Assembly: GCA_963762355.1 (NCBI GenBank)
Contig: CAVXKJ010000001.1
Location: 24,860-88,859, forward strand
DNA: 64,000 bases
Direction of reading: 5' to 3'
Source: an uncultured Candidatus Micrarchaeota archaeon
GTDB lineage: Archaea; Micrarchaeota; Micrarchaeia; Micrarchaeales; Micrarchaeaceae
The translations under genes and the position numbers were made by a program. Under the pieces are notes generated by a model. That model was not told where the DNA came from. It worked only from the letters and a program-made list of their open reading frames with translations, and did not search any database. Shown here in pieces: positions 1 to 9,684 of the stretch; positions within the stretch are counted from its first letter, which is position 1; every line of letters begins with the position of its first letter.

Positions 1-38
1 TTAGCTTTGTTCTGTGTGGGGGCGTTTGCATAGGCACA

Positions 39-1376
39 TTGAAGAATCTTAGAACTGTGGATCCTGAGATATATAAGGGAATAAAGAATGAGCTTAAGCG
101 CCAGCGCACATGCCTTGAGATGATACCCTCCGAGAACTTTGCAAGCCTGAACGTTATCAATACATTGGGTACAGTGCTAAACAACAAATATTCGGAAGGA
201 TATCCTAAGAGAAGATATTATGCGGGCAACGAATTCATAGATGACATAGAGAGCATTGCAATAGAAAGAGCAAAGAGTCTTTTCAAGGTGCCTTATGCCA
301 ATGTGCAGCCATATTCTGGCTCTCCCGCAAACCTTGCTGTTTACGCTGCTCTCTGCAATCCTGGAGACACGATAATGGGACTCAACCTTAGCGATGGGGG
401 GCACCTTACCCACGGCTGGAAGACAAGCATAACAGGAAGGTTCTTTAATAGCGTTCCCTACCATTCAAAGGAGGATGGCTACATAGACATAGAGGAGGCA
501 AAAAGGCTTGCAATTGAGAACAGGCCAAAACTGATTTGGATAGGAGCTACAGCATATCCAAGGGCATTGCCATTTGAGGAATTTGCGCAGATTGCGGATG
601 AATGCGGGGCATATCTTGCCGCTGATATATCCCATGTTGCAGGATTGGTAATTGGAGGTGTCCATAAGAGCCCTGTTGATTATGCCCACATTGTTACGAC
701 AACAACACACAAGACTTTAAGGGGACCGCGGGGTGCAATAATACTTGTTACAGATAAGGGACTTAAAAAGGATGCAGAGCTTGGTGAAAAGATAGACAAA
801 ACGATAATTCCTGGCATGCAGGGAGGACCTCATGACAATGTGACAGCTGCAATGGCAGTGGCATTCCTTGAGGCCTCAAAACCAGAGTTTGCAGAATATG
901 CATCCCAAATAGTGGATAATTGCAAGGTACTTGCAAATGAGCTAATGAAAAATGGGATTAAGCTTGTGACAAACGGGACTGATAACCATTTGGCTGTTAT
1001 CGATCTTACCCCATTTGGAAATGGTAAGGGGGTATTCGTGCAAGATGCCCTTGAGCTTGGTGGAATAGTTGTTAACAAGAACACAATACCAAAGGAACCG
1101 TCCAGCCCGTTCTATCCTAGCGGAATAAGGCTTGGCGCACCTGCAATTACGTCAAGAGGAATGAAAGAGGAACAGATGATAACCATCGCGGGGCTTATTG
1201 CAAGTATAATAAAAGAGGTAAAGGATTACAGCATACCAGAAGACAAGGAAAGGCGAGCGCAATACATGAAGAAGTTCCACAAGGAAATCAAAAAGAACAA
1301 AACCATAAAGGAATCGAGAGAGAAGGTAGTGAGCATGTGCAACGAATTCCCGCTTTATGCTGATTTAAAATTATAG
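39..1376 (+). CDS. glyA: serine hydroxymethyltransferase
   Basis: 445-aa ORF with SHMT motifs (NKYSEGYPKRRYYAGNE; TTTTHKTLRGPRG around the PLP lysine). Confidence 0.95.
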   Translation: MKNLRTVDPEIYKGIKNELKRQRTCLEMIPSENFASLNVINTLGTVLNNKYSEGYPKRRYYAGNEFIDDIESIAIERAKSLFKVPYANVQPYSGSPANLAVYAALCNPGDTIMGLNLSDGGHLTHGWKTSITGRFFNSVPYHSKEDGYIDIEEAKRLAIENRPKLIWIGATAYPRALPFEEFAQIADECGAYLAADISHVAGLVIGGVHKSPVDYAHIVTTTTHKTLRGPRGAIILVTDKGLKKDAELGEKIDKTIIPGMQGGPHDNVTAAMAVAFLEASKPEFAEYASQIVDNCKVLANELMKNGIKLVTNGTDNHLAVIDLTPFGNGKGVFVQDALELGGIVVNKNTIPKEPSSPFYPSGIRLGAPAITSRGMKEEQMITIAGLIASIIKEVKDYSIPEDKERRAQYMKKFHKEIKKNKTIKESREKVVSMCNEFPLYADLKL

Positions 1377-1390
1377 GATATTATGTTAAC

Positions 1391-1621
1391 ATGATAAGTG
1401 ATTTTATGAGCAATAATGGAAGCAAATTCCAGAGGAGTATAAAGGGAATGCGTGATAGAAGAGATCTTGCAGCTATGCTTCATGGCGAAGAGGAGCTGAC
1501 TGTAGATCTTGCCAGAATTATTAGAGGTGTAAGAGATAGGTCAGTTGCTAATCAAGTTTTGAGAAGGAGTGAGTTAGACGCCAAGAATACAAAGACCAGG
1601 GCTGCTGGTGCTGGTGTATAA
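1391..1621 (+). CDS. hypothetical small protein (76 aa)
   Basis: ORF fills the glyA-pelota gap on the same strand. No recognisable motif. Confidence 0.3.
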   Translation: MISDFMSNNGSKFQRSIKGMRDRRDLAAMLHGEEELTVDLARIIRGVRDRSVANQVLRRSELDAKNTKTRAAGAGV

Positions 1622-1672
1622 ATTTCTATATTGTATCAAAACTACTAAATCCTTATTTTTCAATATATTCAT

Positions 1673-2701
1673 ATGAAGATAGTGAAATTCTACGAAAGCA
1701 CGGGCACACTGAAACTTAAGGTAGATACATTGGAAGACCTATGGACAGCGCAGCGCATAATATTTGCAAATGATATTGTAAAATCAGAGAGCGAACGTAA
1801 ATTCAAATCCAGCGAGAGCGACAAGGGAGAATTAAAAAAGGTTGTAATAACATTAAGGGTTGAAAAGACAGAGCTTGACAAGGATGCGATGCGGCTTAGA
1901 ATACTTGGAAAGATAGTTGATGGCAAGCCTCTTGAGTACATAAGGATAAACAGCTACCACACCCTCAATATCGCGCCTGGTGATGTATTTGACATAATAA
2001 AGGGCGAATGGCAGGATTACATAATAAGCGTTGTTAAGAATGCGGTATCAGATTCAAAGAGGCCGAGATTGGGGCTGATTGTGATAGATGAGGAAAAGGC
2101 GCTCCCTGCGTATATGCTCGGCTATGGAGTCGATTTCGGCAATGAGGTATATAGCAAATTAAGCAAGAGAATGAGCCAGAAGGACTTCCAGGAGCAGCAG
2201 AACAAGTATTATGATAATATATTTGAGTTGATTAAAAGCCTTGTAGTGGACACTGTTGTGGTTGCAGGGCCTGGCTTCACTAAGGATGACATAAAAGCCT
2301 ATGGCGAATCTTCCGGAATCATAAAAAAGATTGATAAGAGGATAATCTTTGAAAGTGTAAGCAATTCGGAGCGCTCAGGAGTTTATGAATTGATAAAAAG
2401 CGACAAGTTTGCAAGGATATTGGAGAAGGAGCGCATAAGGACAGAATTCAAGCTCATAGAGGAATTCCTCACGAACCTAGGCACAGGAAAGTCAAAATAT
2501 GGAATAGAAAATGTAACAATAGCCCTGGAAAACAGTGAGGCAAGTCTTATACTGGTCAATGACAGCATTCTGGGAGACCCAGCTGTACAGGCACTTCTGA
2601 GCGATGCGGAAAAAGATAGAATAGAGATAGAGGTCATAAACTCAACAGACGAGGTCGGTGAGCAGCTTCACGGATTCAAGGACATTGCAGTTATAGCTTA
2701 A
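1673..2701 (+). CDS. pelA: mRNA surveillance protein Pelota (Dom34)
   Basis: 342 aa with typical archaeal Pelota length and N-terminus (LKLKVDTLEDLW...) and an eRF1-like C-terminal region. Confidence 0.88.
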   Translation: MKIVKFYESTGTLKLKVDTLEDLWTAQRIIFANDIVKSESERKFKSSESDKGELKKVVITLRVEKTELDKDAMRLRILGKIVDGKPLEYIRINSYHTLNIAPGDVFDIIKGEWQDYIISVVKNAVSDSKRPRLGLIVIDEEKALPAYMLGYGVDFGNEVYSKLSKRMSQKDFQEQQNKYYDNIFELIKSLVVDTVVVAGPGFTKDDIKAYGESSGIIKKIDKRIIFESVSNSERSGVYELIKSDKFARILEKERIRTEFKLIEEFLTNLGTGKSKYGIENVTIALENSEASLILVNDSILGDPAVQALLSDAEKDRIEIEVINSTDEVGEQLHGFKDIAVIA

Positions 2702-2794
2702 GTCCATTTATATAGCTTAAGTCCATTTAAAAAGAGCGTATAGATAGAGATTTAATCCTTTGATTGCTTATCAACTATAGAATTGGTGCAATTT

Positions 2795-3205
2795 ATGTCA
2801 CTTGGCTCTGAATTCAAGGACTTCATTATGAAAGGAAATGCAATAGACCTAGCGATAGGTGTTGTTGTAGGGGTTGCATTCAATGCTGTTGTCACTGCAT
2901 TGGTGTCTGACATAATAACACCATTAATAGGCATACCGGGCCATGTAAATTTCTCGGCGTATACTTACACAGTAAACGGAAGCGTATTCATGGTTGGCGC
3001 ATTCGTAAATGCATTGATAAGCTTCATAACCATAGCAATAGTCGTTTTCTTCTTTGTTGTCAAGCCGATATCAAAGATGAAAGAGGCAAGTGCAGCAAAG
3101 AACAAGAAGGAGGAAAAGGCAACGACAAAGAAGTGCCAGGAATGCCTTTCTGAAATACCTATAGCAGCAAGGAGGTGCGCATTCTGCACATCTGAAGTTA
3201 AATGA
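2795..3205 (+). CDS. mscL: large-conductance mechanosensitive channel MscL with C-terminal zinc ribbon
   Basis: N-terminal signature FKDFIMKGNAIDLAIGVVVGVAF and two TM segments. The tail carries CQEC...CAFC. The ATG at 2795 is preferred over the TTG at 2783. Confidence 0.85.
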   Translation: MSLGSEFKDFIMKGNAIDLAIGVVVGVAFNAVVTALVSDIITPLIGIPGHVNFSAYTYTVNGSVFMVGAFVNALISFITIAIVVFFFVVKPISKMKEASAAKNKKEEKATTKKCQECLSEIPIAARRCAFCTSEVK

Positions 3206-3448
3206 ATCAGCTCAGGAAGGTCGATACAAAAGATTTAAATATATATCATTCGTTATAAGAATACACACTTGGAATGTTTGGTGTAATGATGCAAATGTTA
3301 CAGCATTGGTTTAGTATGCCAGTCGCGGTTATAGGTAGCACAGGCATTTGCGCACATCTCATTGTAGATACACCAAATAATAATAAGGACCAGGTTGCTG
3401 CCGCATAAATTAACTTTTTTTAAAGTTTTGGTGGTTTATGTGGCACAA

Positions 3449-3841
3449 ATGGTATATGGTAGAGTGTATAAAGAAATCAGGATTAGCAGGAGAGAGCAAC
3501 TCATGCTTCTTGAGATCGAAGAGGATTTTATAGACACAGCCTCCAGCTTTGTCGATTACATGAAAGATGAGTATGGATTCTCTAAAAGCTCGGTATGGTA
3601 TTGCCTGAACAGGCTAAAGGGATTCGGGCTTGTAGAATTCGCAAACAAGGACGAGATAGGCAAGCCGCTCAGCCTGACAAGGCATGGACTGGACGAACTT
3701 GCAAGGCTAGAGAGTATAAGGAATGAGGTAATAGATCGCTTCAGCGGCGAATTTGTCCAAAAGATGCAGAGCAAGAGTGCAAGCGCCAATTATGCAAACA
3801 GGTACAACGGCATGGCAAATGGGGTTTACGCTTACAGATGA
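3449..3841 (+). CDS. winged-helix transcriptional regulator (MarR/ArsR-like)
   Basis: The segment GFSKSSVWYCLNRLKGFGLVEF...GKPLSLTRHGLDEL looks like HTH plus wing. The start is uncertain (ORF opens at 3395, first ATG at 3449). Confidence 0.5.
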   Translation: MVYGRVYKEIRISRREQLMLLEIEEDFIDTASSFVDYMKDEYGFSKSSVWYCLNRLKGFGLVEFANKDEIGKPLSLTRHGLDELARLESIRNEVIDRFSGEFVQKMQSKSASANYANRYNGMANGVYAYR

Positions 3842-4004
3842 CAGCTTGGCGACCTAGGTGATGGGATGGAACAGAGGACTGGCATGTCAGCAATACCGGC
3901 TGGCTGTCTTTCTATTTTATTTGGATGCAAGCAGAGAATAAGGGTTAATTAGGCGACTTTGTGGGACAACGGATAGGTTTAAAAATATCAATAGTGATAA
4001 TATA

Positions 4005-4262
4005 GTGATGAATATGAAGACCAGTTTAGTACAATTGCAGGAAGAGGTTACTGTGATTAGGCGCGAGCTCAAAGGAATAAAAAAGAAATTAGACCGCCCA
4101 ATTTTAGGACCTATAATAATAGAGGGTGTGAGTGAAAGTGAGCTGACGTTAAAGGATAAGAAACATCTTGAAGAGGCCAGAGCGGATCTAAAAGCTGGAA
4201 GGATGAGTAAATTCGTAACACTTGACGAAGTGGAAAGGACGCTTAAAAAGAGAAAAACTTAA
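4005..4262 (+). CDS. small coiled-coil protein, possible antitoxin-like
   Basis: 85 aa with a charged helical N-terminus and a C-terminal LEEARADLKAGR..FVTLDEV segment. It is convergent with, and overlaps by 4 nt, the RelE-like gene. Confidence 0.4.
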   Translation: MMNMKTSLVQLQEEVTVIRRELKGIKKKLDRPILGPIIIEGVSESELTLKDKKHLEEARADLKAGRMSKFVTLDEVERTLKKRKT

Positions 4263-4465
4263 CCTTTTGAATAGCTTATTCTACCTCTTATATCTATTTC
4301 TGTTATGTATAATATATCACCTTCTACTGCAAAAATAATTCTATAGTTACCTCTTCTTATCCGATATACATGATGTTCTAACTTTTTAAAATCTGCATGT
4401 ATCATTGGAAACTGTTCCAGCGTTTTCGCAGTTTCGAGTATCTTCTCAACTATAAAGCTGGGCAT
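4259..4465 (-). CDS. RelE/ParE-family toxin (N-terminus probably extends to about 4516 without a canonical start)
   Basis: YRIRRGNYRIIFAVEGDILYITEIDIRGR is a RelE/ParE core. In-frame upstream codons read ITKVIIQKRAAKKLDK-MPSF, which is a typical RelE N-terminus. There is no ATG/GTG/TTG between the stop at 4541-4543 and 4465. Confidence 0.72.
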   Translation of the reverse strand: MPSFIVEKILETAKTLEQFPMIHADFKKLEHHVYRIRRGNYRIIFAVEGDILYITEIDIRGRISYSKG

Positions 4466-4569
4466 TTTGTCTAGCTTTTTGGCCGCGCGTTTTTGAATAA
4501 TAACTTTCGTAATTACACCACATATATTTTGATTTAGGATTTATATTACTACTGATTCATGCGATTTGT

Positions 4570-4585
4570 GGGCTTCATCCCATAA
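4570..4585. repeat. IS left terminal inverted repeat
   Basis: GGGCTTCATCCCATAA, the exact reverse complement of 5766-5781. Confidence 0.88.
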
Positions 4586-4654
4586 TTCAATAACGGCGTG
4601 AATAGCGGAATTTCTAGAGGACAATTTTTATCCTTTTTCTGACCTACTCAAAAC

Positions 4655-5608
4655 ATGGGAAAACCCAAAAAGAGGGTGAACCCGAAGGTGGTAAGTAGAG
4701 TTGATAGGAACCTTGAAGAATTGACTGTAAAAGAGGCAAAGAAGTTCGTTGATAGACTTCCCCCACCATGGGAAGAATACAGCAGAGGCCGACCAGTAAT
4801 ACACAACAGTAGAACCGTATTTGTGTTATGTTTATTGATGGTCTCTCTGAATTTCACCTATGACAAGATGGCATCAGAAATGAGGAAGGAATACCTTGAG
4901 AAATTACTCAAGGTCAACAACCTTCCAAGTCGCAGTGTCTTGAATAGAGGTATGCTGCGCCTTAATCAGAAATACGTCAGGAGATTTAATAAATGTCTTG
5001 TCAGGAAGATTCTCAAAAGAGGAAGGTTGACGATTGTTGTGGATTCAACAGGCATACGTCTGAAAACCAGTAGCTCATGGTATGATATTCGGATAAAGAG
5101 GCAAAACAAAAGAAAGGACAATGCAAAAGTACATATTGCGCTCAGTATTAACAGAAATGTTATTACCGAATACAAAATAACGAACTGGAAAAGGAATGAT
5201 TCACCGCAACTTGAGTTTCTCTTGAGAAACATCGACGAACTCATTGCAGTTCTTGCAGATTCAGGTTATCCATCAATAAAGAATTTTGATATCGTCGCAA
5301 AGAAGGCAGGCAGACCATTCATCAAGTTCAAGAAGAATGCGGGCAAAAATGGTTCTAAAGTATGGGACGAGATGGTTGATTTTTCAAGATCGTATAAGGA
5401 AATTTACGATACAATTTACCACCTCCGTTCGATAATAGAAAGTATAATGTCTGCTCTGAAAAGACGATATGGAAATTATGTTAGGGCGATAAAGACAAAG
5501 GCAAGAAATATGTCCATTGCTTTGAGAATACTTGCCTTCAACATCAAACAAACACTCTACGATAAGACCGCAACACGACTCGGTCTTCCATATTGGGTAC
5601 ATTGCTGA
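4655..5608 (+). CDS. DDE transposase (IS4/IS5-superfamily type)
   Basis: 317 aa with candidate DDE triad contexts VVDSTGIRL, VLADSGYPS and IIESIMSALKRRYG. It lies inside the TIR-bounded element. Confidence 0.85.
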   Translation: MGKPKKRVNPKVVSRVDRNLEELTVKEAKKFVDRLPPPWEEYSRGRPVIHNSRTVFVLCLLMVSLNFTYDKMASEMRKEYLEKLLKVNNLPSRSVLNRGMLRLNQKYVRRFNKCLVRKILKRGRLTIVVDSTGIRLKTSSSWYDIRIKRQNKRKDNAKVHIALSINRNVITEYKITNWKRNDSPQLEFLLRNIDELIAVLADSGYPSIKNFDIVAKKAGRPFIKFKKNAGKNGSKVWDEMVDFSRSYKEIYDTIYHLRSIIESIMSALKRRYGNYVRAIKTKARNMSIALRILAFNIKQTLYDKTATRLGLPYWVHC

Positions 5609-5765
5609 CCAGTGAAAAACGACCAATGTAGGTTCAACAGTTAGTGGATACTTTATTCTACTTTCTAATCCCACATAGATTTATTGAATTTTTGATTATA
5701 ATCTGTGAAAATAGTCTACCAACTCTTTACAGAGGATGGAATAATTGTTTTCAGATGTCAATTAT

Positions 5766-5781
5766 TTATGGGATGAAGCCC
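5766..5781. repeat. IS right terminal inverted repeat
   Basis: TTATGGGATGAAGCCC, the reverse complement of 4570-4585. Confidence 0.88.
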
Positions 5782-5847
5782 GATTTGTGAGCGTTATAGG
5801 GACTATGTATTAATAGAACAGCTGAATAAGCTTCCAATAGTTTAAGA

Positions 5848-6204
5848 TTATTTCTCAGTTCCAAGCAATGCAAAGTTTATAGATTTGACATGCTTGTCAC
5901 GCTTTAATGCGCTGAACAATTCACGGATTTTATTCGCATCTGCATTTACATTTATTATGTCAAGACACATCGCATGCTGGTGCTGGTGTATTGTCGTCTT
6001 TATGGAGTTCTCAAACTTATGTAGTACATTTGAAACCTGATCTCTTTGGTGTTCCCTATAAGTTATTATCAACACAAGCTCGTGTCTTCCCTTGAGCGAA
6101 TCTATTATCCTGAATTCGTTCATCAGCGAATCGATTGTTGCCCTTATCATTTTTGACCTGCTTTTAAAACCCAGATTACGCTGTATGCTGTTGAGCTCCT
6201 TCAA
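5848..6204 (-). CDS. NikR-like metal-responsive regulator (RHH plus ACT-like metal-binding domain)
   Basis: His-rich C-domain (HQHQHAMC). The RHH strand ISISLDEETLKELN continues in frame upstream of the listed TTG start, to about 6240. The gene is divergent from the metal ABC operon. Confidence 0.68.
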   Translation of the reverse strand: MKELNSIQRNLGFKSRSKMIRATIDSLMNEFRIIDSLKGRHELVLIITYREHQRDQVSNVLHKFENSIKTTIHQHQHAMCLDIINVNADANKIRELFSALKRDKHVKSINFALLGTEK

Positions 6205-6357
6205 TGTTTCCTCATCGAGGGATATGCTTATTATCTCCAGTAAACCACTTTTTATTAAGATTTAATGCTTTCCACTTAATAGTTAATAATTAAAACACGA
6301 AGACTTATTAACTTTTGTTTTAGCATTGTATATTGAGATTTAAATTTTAGTGATGCA

Positions 6358-7335
6358 ATGGCAAAAACAAATAGATATGCACTTGTTGGGATTACAGCAG
6401 TTGTAGTAATCATAATAGCGATAGCGGGTTTTGTTTTGTATAGCAGCAATAACCATGCTTCAGGTCTGACTTCCAAACAGTTATCTAACTCGAGTTTGTC
6501 TAATTCAAGTTCCATGAATGTTATACAGATTGTTGCTGCCGAGAACTTTTGGGGCAGCCTGATGCAGCAGCTTGGTGGGACGCATGTTAATGTAACAAGC
6601 ATTGTCACCGATCCTAATGCTGATCCCCACGAATATGAGAGCAATGCGGCTGATGCGCGAGATATAGCAAATGCAAAGATCGTGATTGTCAATGGGGTTG
6701 GATATGATGACTGGGCACTGAAGCTCATATCCGCAAACAACAATCCGAACCAGACAGTACTTAATGTGGCAGATCTGCTTAACGTGCCAAATGGATCAAA
6801 CCCTCACCTCTGGTATAATCCTACTTATGTAAATACGACTGTAAAACAGATGTATTTGGACCTTGTAAGGACAGATCCTGCTGATGCTGCTTATTACAAG
6901 CAAAGGTACAATAACGTAACCGCCTCGCTTGCACAGGTTGACAGCCGCATGACCGAAATAAGAGACCAGTTTGGCGGCACAAAAGTGGCTTCTACAGAAA
7001 GCATATTTGTTTACCTTGCTAATGCTACGGGACTTGATTTGGTTTCACCCCCAGCATTTATGGATGCTGTTGCAGAGGGGGTAGACCCGCCAGCTCAGAG
7101 CGTTTCAGAATTTGAGAACCAGCTTGAGAGCAAAAATGTAAGTGTGCTGGTCTACAATGAGCAGACTGTAACCTCGCTGACGCAGCAGATCAAGCAGATA
7201 GCAGTTGATAACAACGTCACAATAGTCGGTGTGACTGAGACAATCCAGCCTCCAGATGTTACATTCCAGGTCTGGATGAATGGGGAATTGCTGCAGCTGC
7301 AGAATGCACTCAATGCAAATGCGCTGGGCCAGTGA
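6358..7335 (+). CDS. metal (Zn/Mn/Fe) ABC transporter substrate-binding protein, ZnuA/TroA family
   Basis: N-terminal TM anchor. Motifs IVAAENFWGSL, DPNADPHEYE and NGVGYDDW are typical of cluster-9 SBPs. Confidence 0.85.
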   Translation: MAKTNRYALVGITAVVVIIIAIAGFVLYSSNNHASGLTSKQLSNSSLSNSSSMNVIQIVAAENFWGSLMQQLGGTHVNVTSIVTDPNADPHEYESNAADARDIANAKIVIVNGVGYDDWALKLISANNNPNQTVLNVADLLNVPNGSNPHLWYNPTYVNTTVKQMYLDLVRTDPADAAYYKQRYNNVTASLAQVDSRMTEIRDQFGGTKVASTESIFVYLANATGLDLVSPPAFMDAVAEGVDPPAQSVSEFENQLESKNVSVLVYNEQTVTSLTQQIKQIAVDNNVTIVGVTETIQPPDVTFQVWMNGELLQLQNALNANALGQ

Positions 7336-8129
7336 TGAAAATGAGCATCAAAGAGGAGATAGTGTCTGCCAAGAACCTTACCATAGGCTATGGTGAGAAG
7401 CCAGTCTGGAAGGACGCACACTTCAGTGTTAATCGTGGAGAGTTTGTGGCTGTGATTGGCCCTAATGGCGCCGGAAAGACAACAATGTTCCGCTTGCTCC
7501 TCGGCCTACAGCAGCCGATGAGCGGAACGATAAAGGTATTCAATGCCAAACCTATGCGCGGCAATCCTAAGATCGGATACATACCACAGCGCCACACTAT
7601 CGACAATGACACCAATATCGAATGTGCAGAACTGGTTCGCCTTGCATATTCAGGAAATAAGTGGGGATTTAACTTGTCACCAAGTGCAGAGAAAAAATTA
7701 GCATCAGATACATTAGCAGCTGTTGGCGCTACAGAATTGGCTAAAAAATCGCTCGGTTCACTTTCTGGAGGTGAACTACAGAGGATATTTCTTGCAGAGG
7801 CATTGGTAAGCAACCCGGAGATGCTATTGCTAGATGAACCCTTATCCAATCTTGATATAAGGAGAATCAAGGACCTTGTAGAGCTGATGAATTCCGTGGT
7901 AAAATCACGCAACGTCACAGCATTCCTGGTAGCTCACGATATCAATCCACTGATACAGTATCTCGATAAGGTAATATACATAGCAAATGGCAAGGTTGCG
8001 ACTGGAACCCCTGAGGAGGTACTTACATCAAAGCGCCTTAGCTCTCTGTATGGAACCAGTGTAGAGGTCCTGCGCGATTCAAAGAACAACATAGTAGTTG
8101 TAGGCGCAGAGGATTATCACGGTGACTGA
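7332..8129 (+). CDS. metal ABC transporter ATP-binding protein
   Basis: Walker A GPNGAGKTT, signature LSGGELQR and Walker B LLLDEP. It overlaps the upstream gene by 4 nt. Confidence 0.92.
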   Translation: MMKMSIKEEIVSAKNLTIGYGEKPVWKDAHFSVNRGEFVAVIGPNGAGKTTMFRLLLGLQQPMSGTIKVFNAKPMRGNPKIGYIPQRHTIDNDTNIECAELVRLAYSGNKWGFNLSPSAEKKLASDTLAAVGATELAKKSLGSLSGGELQRIFLAEALVSNPEMLLLDEPLSNLDIRRIKDLVELMNSVVKSRNVTAFLVAHDINPLIQYLDKVIYIANGKVATGTPEEVLTSKRLSSLYGTSVEVLRDSKNNIVVVGAEDYHGD

Positions 8130-8970
8130 TACCATGTATATACCATTTAGCATCAATTTGATTTCAGATTTTAAGGAGATTTTTCAGTACCAGTTCATGC
8201 AGCATGCATTTGAGGCTGGCACTATTATAGCAATAATAGCTGGAATAATTGGCTATTTCGTTGTACTGCGACGCTCATCATTCGCCGCACATGCACTTTC
8301 AGAGATAGGTTTTGCAGGTGCTGCAGGCGCGGTGCTTGTCGGAATAAATCCTATCTTCGGTCTTTTATCTTTCTCAACAGTAAGCGGCGCCGGGATTGCG
8401 GTACTTGGCAAACGTGCCTCGCACCGTGATATTGAGATAGGCTCCGTGCTTGCATTCGCACTAGGCGTTGGGGTATTGTTCATAAGCCTTTATACAGGTT
8501 ATGCCACAGAGGCATACTCCATACTTTTTGGAGAGATACTTGGCATAAGCACAAGCGGCGTAATCATAACATTTGTACTTAGTCTTGCAATCCTTGTAGC
8601 GGCAGCATTTGTGTATAGGCCGCTTTTGTTTTCCTCGCTCGATGAGGAGGTCGCCGAGGCAAAGGGAATACCAACACTTCTTATCGGGATTATCTTTATG
8701 TTATTACTTGCTGCGGCAGTCTCAATAGCAGTCCAGGTTGTTGGGGTGCTTCTTATCTTCGCACTGATGGTAACGCCAGCCGCTACCGCAATTAGGTTGA
8801 CAAAGAAACCTACATATGCCATAGTCATATCTATACTTATTGCCTTATTCGCAACATGGCTGGGGCTCTTCATTTCCTTTTACGCACCATATCCAGTAAG
8901 CTTCTTCGTTACAGCAATAGTGTTTGGCTCATATCTGTTTGTCAGATTGGCACGCCCGAATAACTCTTAG
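8122..8970 (+). CDS. metal ABC transporter permease (ZnuB/TroD-like)
   Basis: 282 aa and polytopic, with ABC-3 family character. It is translationally coupled to the ATPase. Confidence 0.9.
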   Translation: MTDTMYIPFSINLISDFKEIFQYQFMQHAFEAGTIIAIIAGIIGYFVVLRRSSFAAHALSEIGFAGAAGAVLVGINPIFGLLSFSTVSGAGIAVLGKRASHRDIEIGSVLAFALGVGVLFISLYTGYATEAYSILFGEILGISTSGVIITFVLSLAILVAAAFVYRPLLFSSLDEEVAEAKGIPTLLIGIIFMLLLAAAVSIAVQVVGVLLIFALMVTPAATAIRLTKKPTYAIVISILIALFATWLGLFISFYAPYPVSFFVTAIVFGSYLFVRLARPNNS

Positions 8971-8973
8971 ATA

Positions 8974-9675
8974 TTATATTGCAAATTCTATCCTGAAAAA
9001 TGGCTCTGCATACTTGTACTTCCATTTCTTGCCCATTCTTGCAGCCATCTCCTTCACAAATCCAGGATTTGATCCTATACCTTGGCTCTTGTGCTCGGAT
9101 AAGGCCTTTACCTTCAGGTCTATGAATTTGCTTATATCCACAGCAAAGTTTGGGTTTCCAAAGTTTGCCAGATACATCTCCTTTACCCTGTGTGGCTCAT
9201 GCCCTTCCTCCCTAAGTTCAGGAAATGTCATCATATTCCTTGCTGCGGGAAAGACCGCATCTATAGTTGCAAGGCCTGCAGCCCTATGATCGGTATGGTT
9301 AACGAACCTATCCGAGAATATGTAACTTGGATCGTGTGTTATCACTATATCCGGCTTCAACTTCCTAACGTATCGCACTATTTCCTTCCGTAGGTTTATG
9401 TCTGCAACAAGTTCGCCGTCCTTATGATCGAGAAAGAAAACATCTTTTATGCCCAGAAGCTTTGCCGATGCCTTTTGCTCCTTTACCCTTATCTCTGCCA
9501 GTTTCCTGTGCGTCATTTTGGGATCCCTGCTTCCCTTTGACCCATCAGTGCATATCAGATAATAGCATTCTGCACCATCTTTTGCAAACTTTGCAAATGT
9601 TCCAGCTGCGCCAAAATCAATATCGTCAGGATGTGCGCCTACGCCCAATACAACAAGCTTTTCTTTTTGTTTCAT
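8974..9675 (-). CDS. PIG-L/LmbE-family deacetylase
   Basis: VLGVGAHPDDIDFGAAGT plus an HTDHR motif. Confidence 0.8.
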   Translation of the reverse strand: MKQKEKLVVLGVGAHPDDIDFGAAGTFAKFAKDGAECYYLICTDGSKGSRDPKMTHRKLAEIRVKEQKASAKLLGIKDVFFLDHKDGELVADINLRKEIVRYVRKLKPDIVITHDPSYIFSDRFVNHTDHRAAGLATIDAVFPAARNMMTFPELREEGHEPHRVKEMYLANFGNPNFAVDISKFIDLKVKALSEHKSQGIGSNPGFVKEMAARMGKKWKYKYAEPFFRIEFAI

Positions 9676-9684
9676 AAAATCACT

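Larger units (their letters stand above)
4570..5781 (+). mobile_element. complete insertion sequence (1212 bp, single DDE transposase)
   Basis: 16-bp perfect terminal inverted repeats GGGCTTCATCCCATAA at 4570-4585 and 5766-5781 (reverse complement). They are flanked by the direct repeat GATTTGT (4563-4569 and 5782-5788), read as a target-site duplication. Confidence 0.88.

Noticed and set aside
3240-3410. Small ORFs in the mscL / regulator intergenic region: 44 aa on the plus strand (MFGVMMQMLQHWF...) and a Cys-rich 39 aa on the minus strand (MRCAQMPVLPITATGILNQCCNICII...).
   Set aside because: They are mutually exclusive overlapping readings of the same DNA. Neither has a recognisable family or an upstream signal, so I cannot support either from sequence alone.
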